NCBI GenBank assembly: GCA_965197585.1
Contig: OZ240215.1
Coordinates: forward strand, 576,001-640,000
From: Dehalococcoidia bacterium
GTDB taxonomy: Bacteria; Chloroflexota; Dehalococcoidia; Plut-88900
Reading direction: 5' to 3'
Length of the DNA: 64,000 nt
Of this stretch, positions 1 through 9,037 are shown piece by piece. The notes beneath the pieces are model-generated. The model was not told the origin of the DNA, ran no database searches, and worked only from the letters and a program-made list of their open reading frames with translations. The number at the start of each line of letters is the position of its first letter. Within the stretch, counting starts at the first letter, position 1. The position numbers and the translations under genes are program-made.

Positions 1-906
1 GCAACCGGCTTCATCCAGGACGCCGCCGAGGGACGGTACCACCCCACCGACCTCAACCTTAGGATTAAAGACCAAGACATGGACGGCGTCGACGCCGAGG
101 TCATCTACGGCATGTTCGCCGTTGCCGCCAAGCTAAAAGACCAGGAGCTCGTCGCTTCCGTATATCGTGTCTACAACGACTGGATCGCAGACTTCACAAG
201 CAAGCGCCCTGATAGGCTCCGCGGTCTCGCCTGTCTCCCCAACCACGACCCCCAGGCCGCCGCTGATGAGCTTCGCAGGGCCGCCGCCATGGGGCTCGTA
301 GGCGTGGAGTTCGGTGTCGGTACTGCCGTCAAGCCTATGTACTACAGCGATTGGGATGTCCTCTGGGAGGCCGCCGCCGAATGCGAAATCTCCTTATCCT
401 TCCACACCACGGGCCTGTATCCCAGGCCCCCGGAACCCGGAGACGCCGAGCTCTACGCGTTGACCCACCGCGTCATCAACATGGTTACATTCCAGCTCTC
501 CGGCGCCGAAATCCTCGCAAGCATGGTCCTTTCGGGTGCCTGCGAGCGATTCCCCAACCTCAAGTTTGTCCTTGGTGAATGCGGCGTTACCTGGATCCCC
601 TACGTCCTCGACCGCATGGACCACGAGGATGAAGGCGACGCTTCACTCTCCATGATTCCCAGCGATTACTGGCGGCGCCAAGGCTATTCCACTTTCCAAA
701 AGGAAGCCTTCGCTGGCGATATGATCGACTTCATAGGTGAAGACAACGTCATGTGGGGTTCCGACTACCCCCACCCCGACGGCGTCTGGCCCGACTCCCA
801 GGAGACCATCAAGAACAACCTCAAGGGCCTTAAGGATGACACCAAGCGGATGAAGATCATCCGGGACACCGCCGCCAAGCTCTACCGCTTCTCCAACGGC
901 AGCTAG
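1..906 (+). CDS. Amidohydrolase_2 family (LigW/ACMSD-like) protein, 5' truncated by window edge
   Basis: Frame is open from base 1. Motifs YNDW, FHT, GECGVTW and C-terminal WGSDYPHPD are typical of Amidohydro_2. Confidence 0.85.
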   Translation, partial: ATGFIQDAAEGRYHPTDLNLRIKDQDMDGVDAEVIYGMFAVAAKLKDQELVASVYRVYNDWIADFTSKRPDRLRGLACLPNHDPQAAADELRRAAAMGLVGVEFGVGTAVKPMYYSDWDVLWEAAAECEISLSFHTTGLYPRPPEPGDAELYALTHRVINMVTFQLSGAEILASMVLSGACERFPNLKFVLGECGVTWIPYVLDRMDHEDEGDASLSMIPSDYWRRQGYSTFQKEAFAGDMIDFIGEDNVMWGSDYPHPDGVWPDSQETIKNNLKGLKDDTKRMKIIRDTAAKLYRFSNGS

Positions 907-925
907 GTCCAGCACTGGACGCGAC

Positions 926-964
926 GAGAGGGTCGGCCCGAAGGGCCGACCCTCTCATTTCTTT
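926..964. terminator. Intrinsic terminator hairpin between convergent genes
   Basis: Perfect 14-bp stem GAGAGGGTCGGCCC/GGGCCGACCCTCTC followed by ATTTCTTT. Confidence 0.8.
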
Positions 965-979
965 AGCTATGCGCTTTGC

Positions 980-2398
980 CTAAATGGGTGGGAACTGGGT
1001 GTGCCAGTCCGTTGCGCCTTCGTATGCCGCTGATACCCTCAACACCGTCGCCTCGTCGAAAGCCCTCCCCGCAATCTGCAACCCGATGGGCAGTCTGTCC
1101 CTTGAAAACCCGCACGGTATTGAAATAGCGGGAAGGCCGGCGAGGTTAAAGGGAGTGGTGAGGCTTCGTGCACCGAATATGCGCTCGCGTACGTCGGTCT
1201 CGCTGACAAAGACTCTTTTGACTTCCTTGATTTCGGGGGCGGGAGTGGAGACTACGGGCCCGACTAGGACATCGAAGTCTTCCAGGGCCTTGATGAGCCG
1301 CTTCCTGAGCAACTGCCTGGCCCTCTGGGCCCGATGGTACAGAGAGGCCGGTATCAAGCTCGAAGCCATGAGTCGGGTGCGGGTGGCTACGTCGTAGTCC
1401 CTGTGCCTCTGCCGCAACAGCGACTCGTGAGTGTCGGCGGCGTCCGAGTCACCGATTGCTATGTAGATCGGGCCTGCAAGCTCCAGCAGGGGTATGTTCA
1501 CGTCCACGGTTTCAGCCCCGAGGGATTGGAACACGTCTCTCGTGGCGTTGACGGCATTCTGGGTATCCTCGTCGACACCCTCCAGGTTGATAAGCTGGTG
1601 CAGGTAGCCTATCTTCATGCCCTGCACACCGCCGTTGAGACCTGAGGAGTAGTCGTCGACTGGCCGCGTGCTGCTGAGGGGATCGTTGGGATCGTGGCCG
1701 GCTATGGCGGCAAGGAGGTCAGCGCAGTCCCGGACGGTCCGGGTCATCGGGCCCGCGGTGTCCATGGACCAGCACATGGGAAAGGCCCGGTAACGGCTGG
1801 TCCTTCCCGTGGTCGGCCTGAGCCCGACTATACCGCACATCGCCGCAGGAAGTCTGACAGATCCACCCGTGTCCTCTCCGATGGCCACGGCGGCCATGCC
1901 AGCCGATACGGCTATTCCGGAACCGGCGCTCGAACTTCCGGGTATCCTGTCCAGATTCCACGGGTTCCGGGGCGTGCCGAACACGAAATCGCGTGTGTCT
2001 CCGAAAGCGAACTCGGTCATGTTCAGTTTGCCCAGCAGTATGGTCCCCGCAGCTTGAAGCCTTGCTGTCACCGTGGATTCGCCGTCAGGGACGTTCTCCG
2101 AAAAGATTCGAGAGGCCATGGTAGTGCGGATGCCTGCGGTGTCGAACTGGTCCTTCACGGCGACGGGTATGCCGTGCATTGGGCCTATGTATTTGCCCCT
2201 TGATATCGCTACCTCCGCTTCCCGCGCCTGCGCGCGGGCCTCGTCCCCGCATACCGTAATGTAGGCCCTGACTTTAGTATCTATCTCCTCGATCCGTGCT
2301 AGGTACGCTTCCACCACCTCAACCGGCGACAGTTCCCTTCGCCGCATCAGTGCCCCGAGCTTATGGGCGGGCTGGTAAATCAGGTCTGTCGACGGCAT
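980..2398 (-). CDS. Amidase signature family enzyme (GatA/AtzE-like)
   Basis: Catalytic motifs AVKD, GSSSAGS and GEDTGGSVRLPA. Start placed at ATG 2398 (MPSTDL), 1 nt after the upstream small gene. Confidence 0.9.
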   Translation of the reverse strand: MPSTDLIYQPAHKLGALMRRRELSPVEVVEAYLARIEEIDTKVRAYITVCGDEARAQAREAEVAISRGKYIGPMHGIPVAVKDQFDTAGIRTTMASRIFSENVPDGESTVTARLQAAGTILLGKLNMTEFAFGDTRDFVFGTPRNPWNLDRIPGSSSAGSGIAVSAGMAAVAIGEDTGGSVRLPAAMCGIVGLRPTTGRTSRYRAFPMCWSMDTAGPMTRTVRDCADLLAAIAGHDPNDPLSSTRPVDDYSSGLNGGVQGMKIGYLHQLINLEGVDEDTQNAVNATRDVFQSLGAETVDVNIPLLELAGPIYIAIGDSDAADTHESLLRQRHRDYDVATRTRLMASSLIPASLYHRAQRARQLLRKRLIKALEDFDVLVGPVVSTPAPEIKEVKRVFVSETDVRERIFGARSLTTPFNLAGLPAISIPCGFSRDRLPIGLQIAGRAFDEATVLRVSAAYEGATDWHTQFPPI

Positions 2399-2399
2399 A

Positions 2400-2615
2400 T
2401 CAGTGCCCCTCCCTGTCCAGCAAAATGGGCAGCGGGTCCGTAGAGTCCAGCTCCGGGTCATCGAGCGCGGCGAGGGCGTCGCTGAGCGCGTTCAACCGGA
2501 ATCTGATCTCGTCCAGGTCCGACTCTTCCACCGGCAAGCCCCTGAGTTGGGCCAGACGGGCCACATCCTCCCTCGTCAGCTTCTCGCTATACCCTCGAGA
2601 ATTATTACCCACCAT
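2400..2615 (-). CDS. Small GatC/AtzG-like amidase partner subunit
   Basis: 71 aa; LTREDVARLAQLRGL...L..L..LD pattern resembles the GatC N-terminus; abuts the amidase gene. Confidence 0.7.
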   Translation of the reverse strand: MVGNNSRGYSEKLTREDVARLAQLRGLPVEESDLDEIRFRLNALSDALAALDDPELDSTDPLPILLDREGH

Positions 2616-2805
2616 CGTAAACTACTCCTCAATTCCCCGACATTCTGTCCCTACACTTTACTCAAAATCAATGTAGAGAGATACCTGTTGAAAGGGTCGT
2701 GTCCCTCAGTTCACTTCTAGCAATTTTGAGAGCCGTAAGAACGACCGGGGCCTGTGATATGTTATCATCAAACCAACCCACATCTCCTGCCTTACCGGAG
2801 GAAAC

Positions 2806-3165
2806 ATGAACGTTATCGACCCCGCCAAAATCGACAAAGCAATCAGTTCCATGCCCATATTCACCGGTGGTGAGGTCCGCACCCAGCCTTTGATCAGCAA
2901 GGACCACACCGACTCCCTCGGCATGCTCCACGTCTACTTCGCCGCCGGCGCCCGTACCAAGTTCCACACCCACACCAACGATCAGGTCCTCCTCGCCACT
3001 GAGGGTGAAGGCATTGTTGCTACCCGGGAAGAGGAACAGGTAATGACACCCGGCATGGTCATCCACGTCCCACCGGGAGAAGTCCACTGGCATGGGGCCA
3101 CCAAGCACTCCGCTTTCGCTCACATATCCATCAACCCGCCTATGGAAACCGAAATCGTAGAATAG
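2806..3165 (+). CDS. Cupin domain protein
   Basis: FHTH...Q and PPGEVHWHGA cupin motifs; GGAGG RBS. Confidence 0.85.
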   Translation: MNVIDPAKIDKAISSMPIFTGGEVRTQPLISKDHTDSLGMLHVYFAAGARTKFHTHTNDQVLLATEGEGIVATREEEQVMTPGMVIHVPPGEVHWHGATKHSAFAHISINPPMETEIVE

Positions 3166-3188
3166 TCCCGAACCCCGGAGAGACATTC

Positions 3189-3608
3189 ATGAACTGTCCC
3201 AGATGTGCCGTAGACCTCAACCTGGAAAAGCACAAGGGCATAGATATTGACCGGTGCCCCAGTTGTGACGGCCTGTGGCTCGATCACGTCGAGCTCGACC
3301 AGTTGGAAGACACCGCTTTCGACAAGGACGAGCTCAAAGGCATGATGGAGTACAACTCACGGGCCAGCGACATTGATTGCCCCGTCTGCGGCGCCCGCAT
3401 GACCACCTTCAACTACCGGGCCTACAACCTCCCCATCGACACCTGTAAGGAAGAGCACGGCTACTGGCTCGACAAGGGCGAGGACCAAAAGGTCATCGAT
3501 ACCATGAAGCAACGTATCAAGGACCTGGACCGCAAGAACAAGGCGGAAGCCCAGTGGTACGGCTTCTTGTCGAAGCTCGGCAGGAAGAAAAAGGGGTTAT
3601 TCGGCTAG
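3189..3608 (+). CDS. Double zf-TFIIB-like zinc-ribbon protein
   Basis: Two repeats: CPRC...IDRCPSCDGLWLD and CPVC...IDTCKEEHGYWLD. Confidence 0.8.
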   Translation: MNCPRCAVDLNLEKHKGIDIDRCPSCDGLWLDHVELDQLEDTAFDKDELKGMMEYNSRASDIDCPVCGARMTTFNYRAYNLPIDTCKEEHGYWLDKGEDQKVIDTMKQRIKDLDRKNKAEAQWYGFLSKLGRKKKGLFG

Positions 3609-3634
3609 GTCCTGCCCCGCGACTCGCGCACCCT

Positions 3635-3643
3635 TGCTATAAT
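3635..3643 (+). promoter_or_regulatory. Extended -10 promoter element
   Basis: TGCTATAAT about 120 nt upstream of the ABM gene. Confidence 0.5.
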
Positions 3644-3765
3644 AGGGTTACCCCCGGCGATCTGCGGTTGCCGCAGACCCCCCTTATTCCGCCGGCGAAC
3701 AGGCCCCGCAGAACGGATTCCGCTCCGACCTCGGCAGTGGCCTCAGGCTGAAGGGAGATGAGACC

Positions 3766-4074
3766 ATGCTAGTACGAGTCTTGATAGAAAGACACATCAA
3801 AGAAGGCCAAGAGTCGGAGGCCTCCGATAAAATCCTGGAAATGCGAAAGCATGCCACTACCTTCCCCGGCTACGTTTCCGGAGAGACCCTCTCCGACACT
3901 GCAGACCCCCGCACCGTCATTATCGTCAGTACCTGGCACTCCTTGGAGGATTGGGAGAAGTGGGACTCGAGTCCCCAGCACGAGGCGTCTGCCAAGACCC
4001 TCGAGCCACTGCTGGACCAACCCATCTCCGTCCGTTCCTTCGTCAATCCTTGGGACGCCCTATTGGATAGCTAG
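3766..4074 (+). CDS. Antibiotic biosynthesis monooxygenase (ABM) family protein
   Basis: PGYVSGETL...STWHSLEDWEKW..S.QH pattern, 102 aa. Confidence 0.8.
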   Translation: MLVRVLIERHIKEGQESEASDKILEMRKHATTFPGYVSGETLSDTADPRTVIIVSTWHSLEDWEKWDSSPQHEASAKTLEPLLDQPISVRSFVNPWDALLDS

Positions 4075-4102
4075 TTCCATCCGGGCCCCTTGGGCGCTCG
4101 CT

Positions 4103-5110
4103 CTATCCCAGCAGGAATCCTTCTTTCAAAGGGTCGCGGCTGTCGATGTAGAACTGGTGTGATCCCGTCAGGTACGCCGAGCCGGTGACCTCCGGTATGA
4201 TCGCCGGATTCCCGTCCACCCTACTCTCCTCGACTATCCTGCTGCGGAACACCGTGCCCAGAATGCTTTCGTGTACGAATTCCTCCCCTACTCCCAAGCG
4301 GCCTTGGGCGTGGAGCAATGCCAACCGCGCCGACGTCCCTGTCCCACACGGCGACCGATCAAACGAGTGCTGTGCGAACGTCATGATGTTTCGTGCGTGA
4401 ACTCCCGGGGAAGGGTTGTCCACGTACATCTCTACGCCGTGCAACGGGTTGATGTCGGGCTCCGTGGGATGACTGATCTCCAGCTGCTCCCGAGCCGCAT
4501 CCCGAAAGGCGATGCCCCGCTCCACCAGTTTACCCACGTTGCTCGGGACTAACTCCATCCCCAGCCGCTCCACCGGCAGTATCGCAAAGAAGTTGCCCCC
4601 GTACACGATGTCCGTCAGCACCTTGCCGCCTTCGAAGTCAACTTGCGCTTCTTGCATGTAAACGAAGGAAGGCACGTTGCGGATGGTCACCTCCGACACA
4701 TTGCCTTCATGGTCGACCCTGGCACGCGCCTCTACAGTACCGGTAACCGTGTCCAGCTTCACTTCTGTAAAAGGGTGTACCGGGGTGACTTGCCCCGTCT
4801 CGATCAGCGTGGTGACTATTCCGATAGTGCCGTGGCCGCACATCCCCTCGAAGCCCAGGGAGTCGAAGAACATCACACCCATGTCGCTCCCCGCATTGAC
4901 GGGCGTCGTTAGCACCGCGCCGATGAGCTCGGCGTCCCCCCGAGGCTCCAGCGTCAGCACCTTCCTCACCGAGTCCAGGTGCTCGATGAAATAGCTCTTC
5001 TTCTCCGCCATGCTCGAACCCGGGATGTTCGGCACACCCCCCGTAATCATCCGCGTCCGTTCCCCTGCAGTGTGCGAATCGATAGTCGAGATTATTCGTT
5101 GAGCCTTCAT
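4103..5110 (-). CDS. Proline racemase / hydroxyproline epimerase family protein
   Basis: DSHTAGE, LEPRG, MCGH and DRSPCGTG; both catalytic Cys residues are present. Confidence 0.9.
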   Translation of the reverse strand: MKAQRIISTIDSHTAGERTRMITGGVPNIPGSSMAEKKSYFIEHLDSVRKVLTLEPRGDAELIGAVLTTPVNAGSDMGVMFFDSLGFEGMCGHGTIGIVTTLIETGQVTPVHPFTEVKLDTVTGTVEARARVDHEGNVSEVTIRNVPSFVYMQEAQVDFEGGKVLTDIVYGGNFFAILPVERLGMELVPSNVGKLVERGIAFRDAAREQLEISHPTEPDINPLHGVEMYVDNPSPGVHARNIMTFAQHSFDRSPCGTGTSARLALLHAQGRLGVGEEFVHESILGTVFRSRIVEESRVDGNPAIIPEVTGSAYLTGSHQFYIDSRDPLKEGFLLG

Positions 5111-5211
5111 ATCCCCTCCCCCAAATGCTTGCTGTCAGGCCATTATACATTTCCTGGAGTGGTAACATGTCCCCGCCGTTTGGACTCATATCACTGCCAA
5201 GGAGAACAGTA

Positions 5212-5550
5212 ATGCCCTTCTACGACCCCAATGCCCTGAAGAGCAAGGAGATTGCCCCTGGCGCTCACATACAACCCCTCTGGGGCGACAAGGTGATGAT
5301 GGTGTTCATAACCCTGGAGCCCGGCGCCGAGGTCCCGAACCACACCCACCCCAATGAGCAGGCCGGCATGTGCCTGGAAGGTGAATTCGAGCTCACCATT
5401 GACAGCGACGCACGCATGATTAAGAAGGGCGACGCTTACTTAGTACCTTCGGGTGTCGTGCATCGGGCCGTCGCAACTTCCGGCAAGGCCCTGGCCTTGG
5501 ACATCTTTTCCCCACCCAGAGAAGACTTCATCGCCCTGCTGGGAGGCTGA
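5212..5550 (+). CDS. Cupin domain protein
   Basis: HTHPNEQ...VPSGVVH...DIFSPPREDF; AGGAG RBS before ATG 5212. Confidence 0.85.
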   Translation: MPFYDPNALKSKEIAPGAHIQPLWGDKVMMVFITLEPGAEVPNHTHPNEQAGMCLEGEFELTIDSDARMIKKGDAYLVPSGVVHRAVATSGKALALDIFSPPREDFIALLGG

Positions 5551-5779
5551 ATGTCGCTGGGCATCCCGCACCCCCCGCCCCTTGGAATAGACGCCCCATT
5601 GTAGTATATTCACTCCATTGGTCCTGTTCTGGCGTCCGCCCGGACGCCGAAAAGCTTCAGGAAAGGGGGAGAAGCAGGGTACGTACACCGTTGGTTCATT
5701 TGGCGGATTCTGAGGACCTTGGATGGGCGGTTGCCATTACCTCGATTCTCGGAAATTACAAGAAACTACGGAGGACGCT

Positions 5780-6304
5780 ATGGCTTGGGAATACTACATG
5801 GGTTCCCTGCGCTGGGTTCATGTCATCGCAGGGATCACGTGGATAGGGCTTCTATACTACTTCAACTTTGTTCAGACCACTTCTTTCCCTAAGATGGATG
5901 GAGGCTCCAGGCGAGACGCTTTCGTCAACCTTGTGCCTACGGCTCTGTGGTGGTTCCGCTGGTCCGCCCTGATCACCTTCCTTGGTGGCACCGCCTGGAT
6001 AATCTCCCGCGGTTTCCAGCTTGGAAGTTGGGATGGGTACATAGAATCGGCCTCATTCAAGTCCATCATGATCGGCGCAGGACTCGGTACCATCATGTTC
6101 CTGAACGTCTGGCTGATCATCTGGCCCAATCAGAAGAAGATTATCGCCGCGAACGTCGCTCAGTCGGAAAATCCCGACGCCCCCGGTCCTGACGCGTCCT
6201 GGGCTGGCACGGCGCTTCTCGCCTCCCGGACCAACACGCTCCTCTCCATACCCATGCTCTTCTTCATGATCGCCTCGGGTCACCTCGGCGTTCTGTGGAG
6301 CTAG
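5780..6304 (+). CDS. Urate_ox_N / PuuD-like membrane protein without a cytochrome c domain
   Basis: RWVHVIAGITWIGLLYYFNF, WFRW, MFLNVWLIIWPNQKK and SRTNT motifs; GGAGG RBS. Confidence 0.8.
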   Translation: MAWEYYMGSLRWVHVIAGITWIGLLYYFNFVQTTSFPKMDGGSRRDAFVNLVPTALWWFRWSALITFLGGTAWIISRGFQLGSWDGYIESASFKSIMIGAGLGTIMFLNVWLIIWPNQKKIIAANVAQSENPDAPGPDASWAGTALLASRTNTLLSIPMLFFMIASGHLGVLWS

Positions 6305-6344
6305 CATAGGGGTTGATTGAACACCACAAAGTAGGAGTGTAATC

Positions 6345-6587
6345 ATGGACATGCTCTTAAAACCGATCCTCAGCCTGTACGATATGGTCCTGGTCCCCAT
6401 CCTGAAACCGATCTTCCAGTTGGTCGAGCTGCTATTGCAGCCTTTTGAGGGGCCCTACTCGGCTGTTGTAATGCCCTTTCTGCGGCCTTTCAAGCCGATC
6501 CTTCAAGACCACAGGTTGACCATTCTCAGCGGTATCCTGCTGCTGGGCCTGTTCATCTTGGTCATACGCCTCGCCGTAGGGCTCTAA
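6345..6587 (+). CDS. Small hypothetical membrane protein
   Basis: 80 aa with repeated LKPI/LQPF/LRPF units and a C-terminal hydrophobic helix; AGGAG RBS. Confidence 0.6.
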   Translation: MDMLLKPILSLYDMVLVPILKPIFQLVELLLQPFEGPYSAVVMPFLRPFKPILQDHRLTILSGILLLGLFILVIRLAVGL

Positions 6588-6609
6588 CCGGCACAGACCC
6601 TGACCAAGG

Positions 6610-6646
6610 AAAAAGGGGCCTCTCGCACCGCGAGAGGCCCCTTTTT
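6610..6646. terminator. Bidirectional intrinsic terminator
   Basis: AAAAA-GGGGCCTCTCGC-ACC-GCGAGAGGCCCC-TTTTT. Confidence 0.9.
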
Positions 6647-6721
6647 GCATACCTCTCCCCTTGAGCCGTTTTTCGGCACTGATGTATACTTTGTCCAAAT
6701 CCCGCAGTTAGGAAACCGCCC

Positions 6722-7864
6722 ATGAAGGTCGACTGTCTTCAGGAGAATTTGAACGCTGCACTAGCCGACGTAGGCCGAGCCGTAGCCTCACGTACTCCCC
6801 TCCCCATTACCAGTAATGTCCATATCTCCACTGACGGAGGCCGACTCAAGCTCTCGGCCACCAACCTTGAACTTACCATAACCACATGGATAGGCGCCAA
6901 GGTTGAGGAAGAAGGGGTTGTCACCGTACCTGCTCGTCTTCTCGGCGAGTTCGTCGGGTCTCTCCCCTCCGAGGAGGTTCACCTTGTCGGCGCCCCCGGT
7001 GGCAAGAGCCTCAACGTCACCTGCGCCCGGTTCCAGGCCAACATCGCAGGCACGGACCCCGAGGAATTCCCCCCCACCCCCACCGTCGAAGACGGCTTCG
7101 AGGTCAACATAGGCACTGAACTCCTGAAGCAGGCCATCGATGGGGTTGCCTTTGCCGCTGCTACCGAAGATTCCCGCCCTGTCCTGACGGGCGTCCAGAT
7201 CGAGATCAAGGATGGCGGACTCGTTCTTGCAGCCGCCGACGGATTTCGCCTGGCTGTCCACGAGACCAAGCTCGCCGACGAGGTCCCCGAGAGCAGCGCT
7301 ATCATCGTGCCCGCGAAGTCCCTCCAGGAAGTGAGCCGCCTCGCATCCGGCAAGGACTACCCCGTTAAGATCAAAGTTAACGAGGGCAAGACCCAGGTCT
7401 TGTTCCAGTTCGAGACTGCCGCCGTCGTTTCACAGCTTATCCAGGGCACCTTCCCCAACTACAGCCAACTGGTCCCCAAGGAGCACGTTTCCAAGACCAC
7501 AGTTGACGTGGGAGAATTCGCCAGGGCCACCCGCGCCGCATCGATCTTCGCCCGGGACGGCAGCGGCATAGTCCGCTTGCAGACCTTCGAAGGCGAAGAG
7601 GACGGTATCGGCGGTCTATCCATCGAAGCCAGCTCCGAGGAAGTCGGCGACAACAAAGGCAAGATCACCGCCACCATCGAGGGTGACCCTGCGAAGATCG
7701 CCTTCAACGCCAAGTACCTCACTGAGGTTCTTGGCGTCCTGGGCCACGGTATGGTCGCCCTGGAAACTTCCAGCCCCTCCAGCCCGGGCGTCCTCAGGCC
7801 CCTCTCTCCCTCCGAGGGCGTCAGCTACGTCCACGTAGTCATGCCCATGTTCGTACAGTGGTAG
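6722..7864 (+). CDS. dnaN: DNA polymerase III beta sliding clamp
   Basis: LSATNLE, RPVLTGV, AADGFRLA, GTFPNY, IAFNAKYL and C-terminal VVMPM; 380 aa. Confidence 0.97.
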   Translation: MKVDCLQENLNAALADVGRAVASRTPLPITSNVHISTDGGRLKLSATNLELTITTWIGAKVEEEGVVTVPARLLGEFVGSLPSEEVHLVGAPGGKSLNVTCARFQANIAGTDPEEFPPTPTVEDGFEVNIGTELLKQAIDGVAFAAATEDSRPVLTGVQIEIKDGGLVLAAADGFRLAVHETKLADEVPESSAIIVPAKSLQEVSRLASGKDYPVKIKVNEGKTQVLFQFETAAVVSQLIQGTFPNYSQLVPKEHVSKTTVDVGEFARATRAASIFARDGSGIVRLQTFEGEEDGIGGLSIEASSEEVGDNKGKITATIEGDPAKIAFNAKYLTEVLGVLGHGMVALETSSPSSPGVLRPLSPSEGVSYVHVVMPMFVQW

Positions 7865-7916
7865 CCTAGGCTGCCCCTGCGTCCTGTCTGCCGGCATAGT
7901 TCACAAGGAGATTGCC

Positions 7917-9005
7917 ATGATCGCCAACGCGGCTGACTCCCGAGACCAGCGTATATCAGCCCTGAAGATTATCAACGAATATTACTGGATGCTCCTTAGA
8001 CACTTGGGGCGCTACACTGGGACCCGGCTCGGCGATGCGGGTCTGCGTGCCCTGGAAGAGGGATTCCGACTCTGCGGCCATTACCGCGGCGAATCGATGC
8101 GGCAAAATCCCGCCACCCTCGCCTCAGGCAACGACGCCCTGTCCCTCCTCAGGGCTTGGGACGTATCCGACTTGGCCTTCGCCCATCCCGACTCCGTAGT
8201 TGAAATCCAGGGTGGGCCTGCAGAGGTCACCGTAACCCTTCCCAGCGTCCCCGGCAGTGACTACTTTGCCAATCATGAAGGAGGCGAGATTCTCACCTCC
8301 TACTGGACCAACACCTTACAGGGCATCGTCGAAGGATTCGACGAGCAGATGTCGGTTTCCCATTCGGACATCCCCGCCGACGCCTCCGGCCCGCTGACCA
8401 TCACTTTCACCTACTCCGGCGATACCTCAAACGCCTCCGACGCCCCGCCTTCAGACCTCCTCGCAAAAACAGCCGATTCAATCCGCTTCTCCCGGCGAAC
8501 ATTCGGTGTCTTCGGTTCCCTTGGCATGTACGTGGCCCAGGCCCTCGAGGCTCGGTTCGACGCCTCGGGTGAGGAGATCATGCGCAAGTCCCTCTACGAT
8601 TTCGGCTACGAACGGGCCGAGGGCATGAAGGAAGAAGCCCTGGCCGCTGAAATGCCTCTCAACTTCGAGTCATGGACCGAGATCATCGAGCGTCGGGACC
8701 CCAACTCGACGGCCTTCGTGTTCCGCGGCTCCAATCATCTCTCGCCCGGAGTCATGCACACAACCTGCACCTACTGTCCCTGTGCCGAGGTCTGGGCCGA
8801 AGAGGGCCAGCGCGGCCTGGCTTTCGGATACATCTACGACATGGAAGTCCACCGTGGCCTCGTGGAGGGGTTTCATCCTGATGGAGTGGTTGGCTGGTCC
8901 AAAGTGAAAACCCGAGGAGACAAGGTCTGCGACTTCCGCTTCACAATCCCCAGCCTCGTCACGGCATCAGACCCTGAGTGGGCCCAAACGCAGAAGCGAG
9001 GTTAG
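7917..9005 (+). CDS. Tandem-domain L-2-amino-thiazoline-4-carboxylate hydrolase / V4R-like protein
   Basis: Two similar helical halves; the C-terminal half has CTYCPCAEVW...GYIYD...KTRGDKVCDFRF, typical of the ATC_hydrolase family. Confidence 0.55.
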   Translation: MIANAADSRDQRISALKIINEYYWMLLRHLGRYTGTRLGDAGLRALEEGFRLCGHYRGESMRQNPATLASGNDALSLLRAWDVSDLAFAHPDSVVEIQGGPAEVTVTLPSVPGSDYFANHEGGEILTSYWTNTLQGIVEGFDEQMSVSHSDIPADASGPLTITFTYSGDTSNASDAPPSDLLAKTADSIRFSRRTFGVFGSLGMYVAQALEARFDASGEEIMRKSLYDFGYERAEGMKEEALAAEMPLNFESWTEIIERRDPNSTAFVFRGSNHLSPGVMHTTCTYCPCAEVWAEEGQRGLAFGYIYDMEVHRGLVEGFHPDGVVGWSKVKTRGDKVCDFRFTIPSLVTASDPEWAQTQKRG

Positions 9006-9037
9006 TCGGGCGCCGGGCCAAGGAGTGCAGGCGGCTC

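Noticed and set aside
980-2615. Calling the pair gatC-gatA
   Set aside because: No gatB follows, and the amidase does not show convincing GatA-specific features beyond the family signature; gene symbols withheld.
2694-2705. GGGTCGTGTCCC, also at 45547-45558, as a possible IS5-type end
   Set aside because: A 12-mer match is expected by chance at this sequence length; no partner inverted repeat or transposase.
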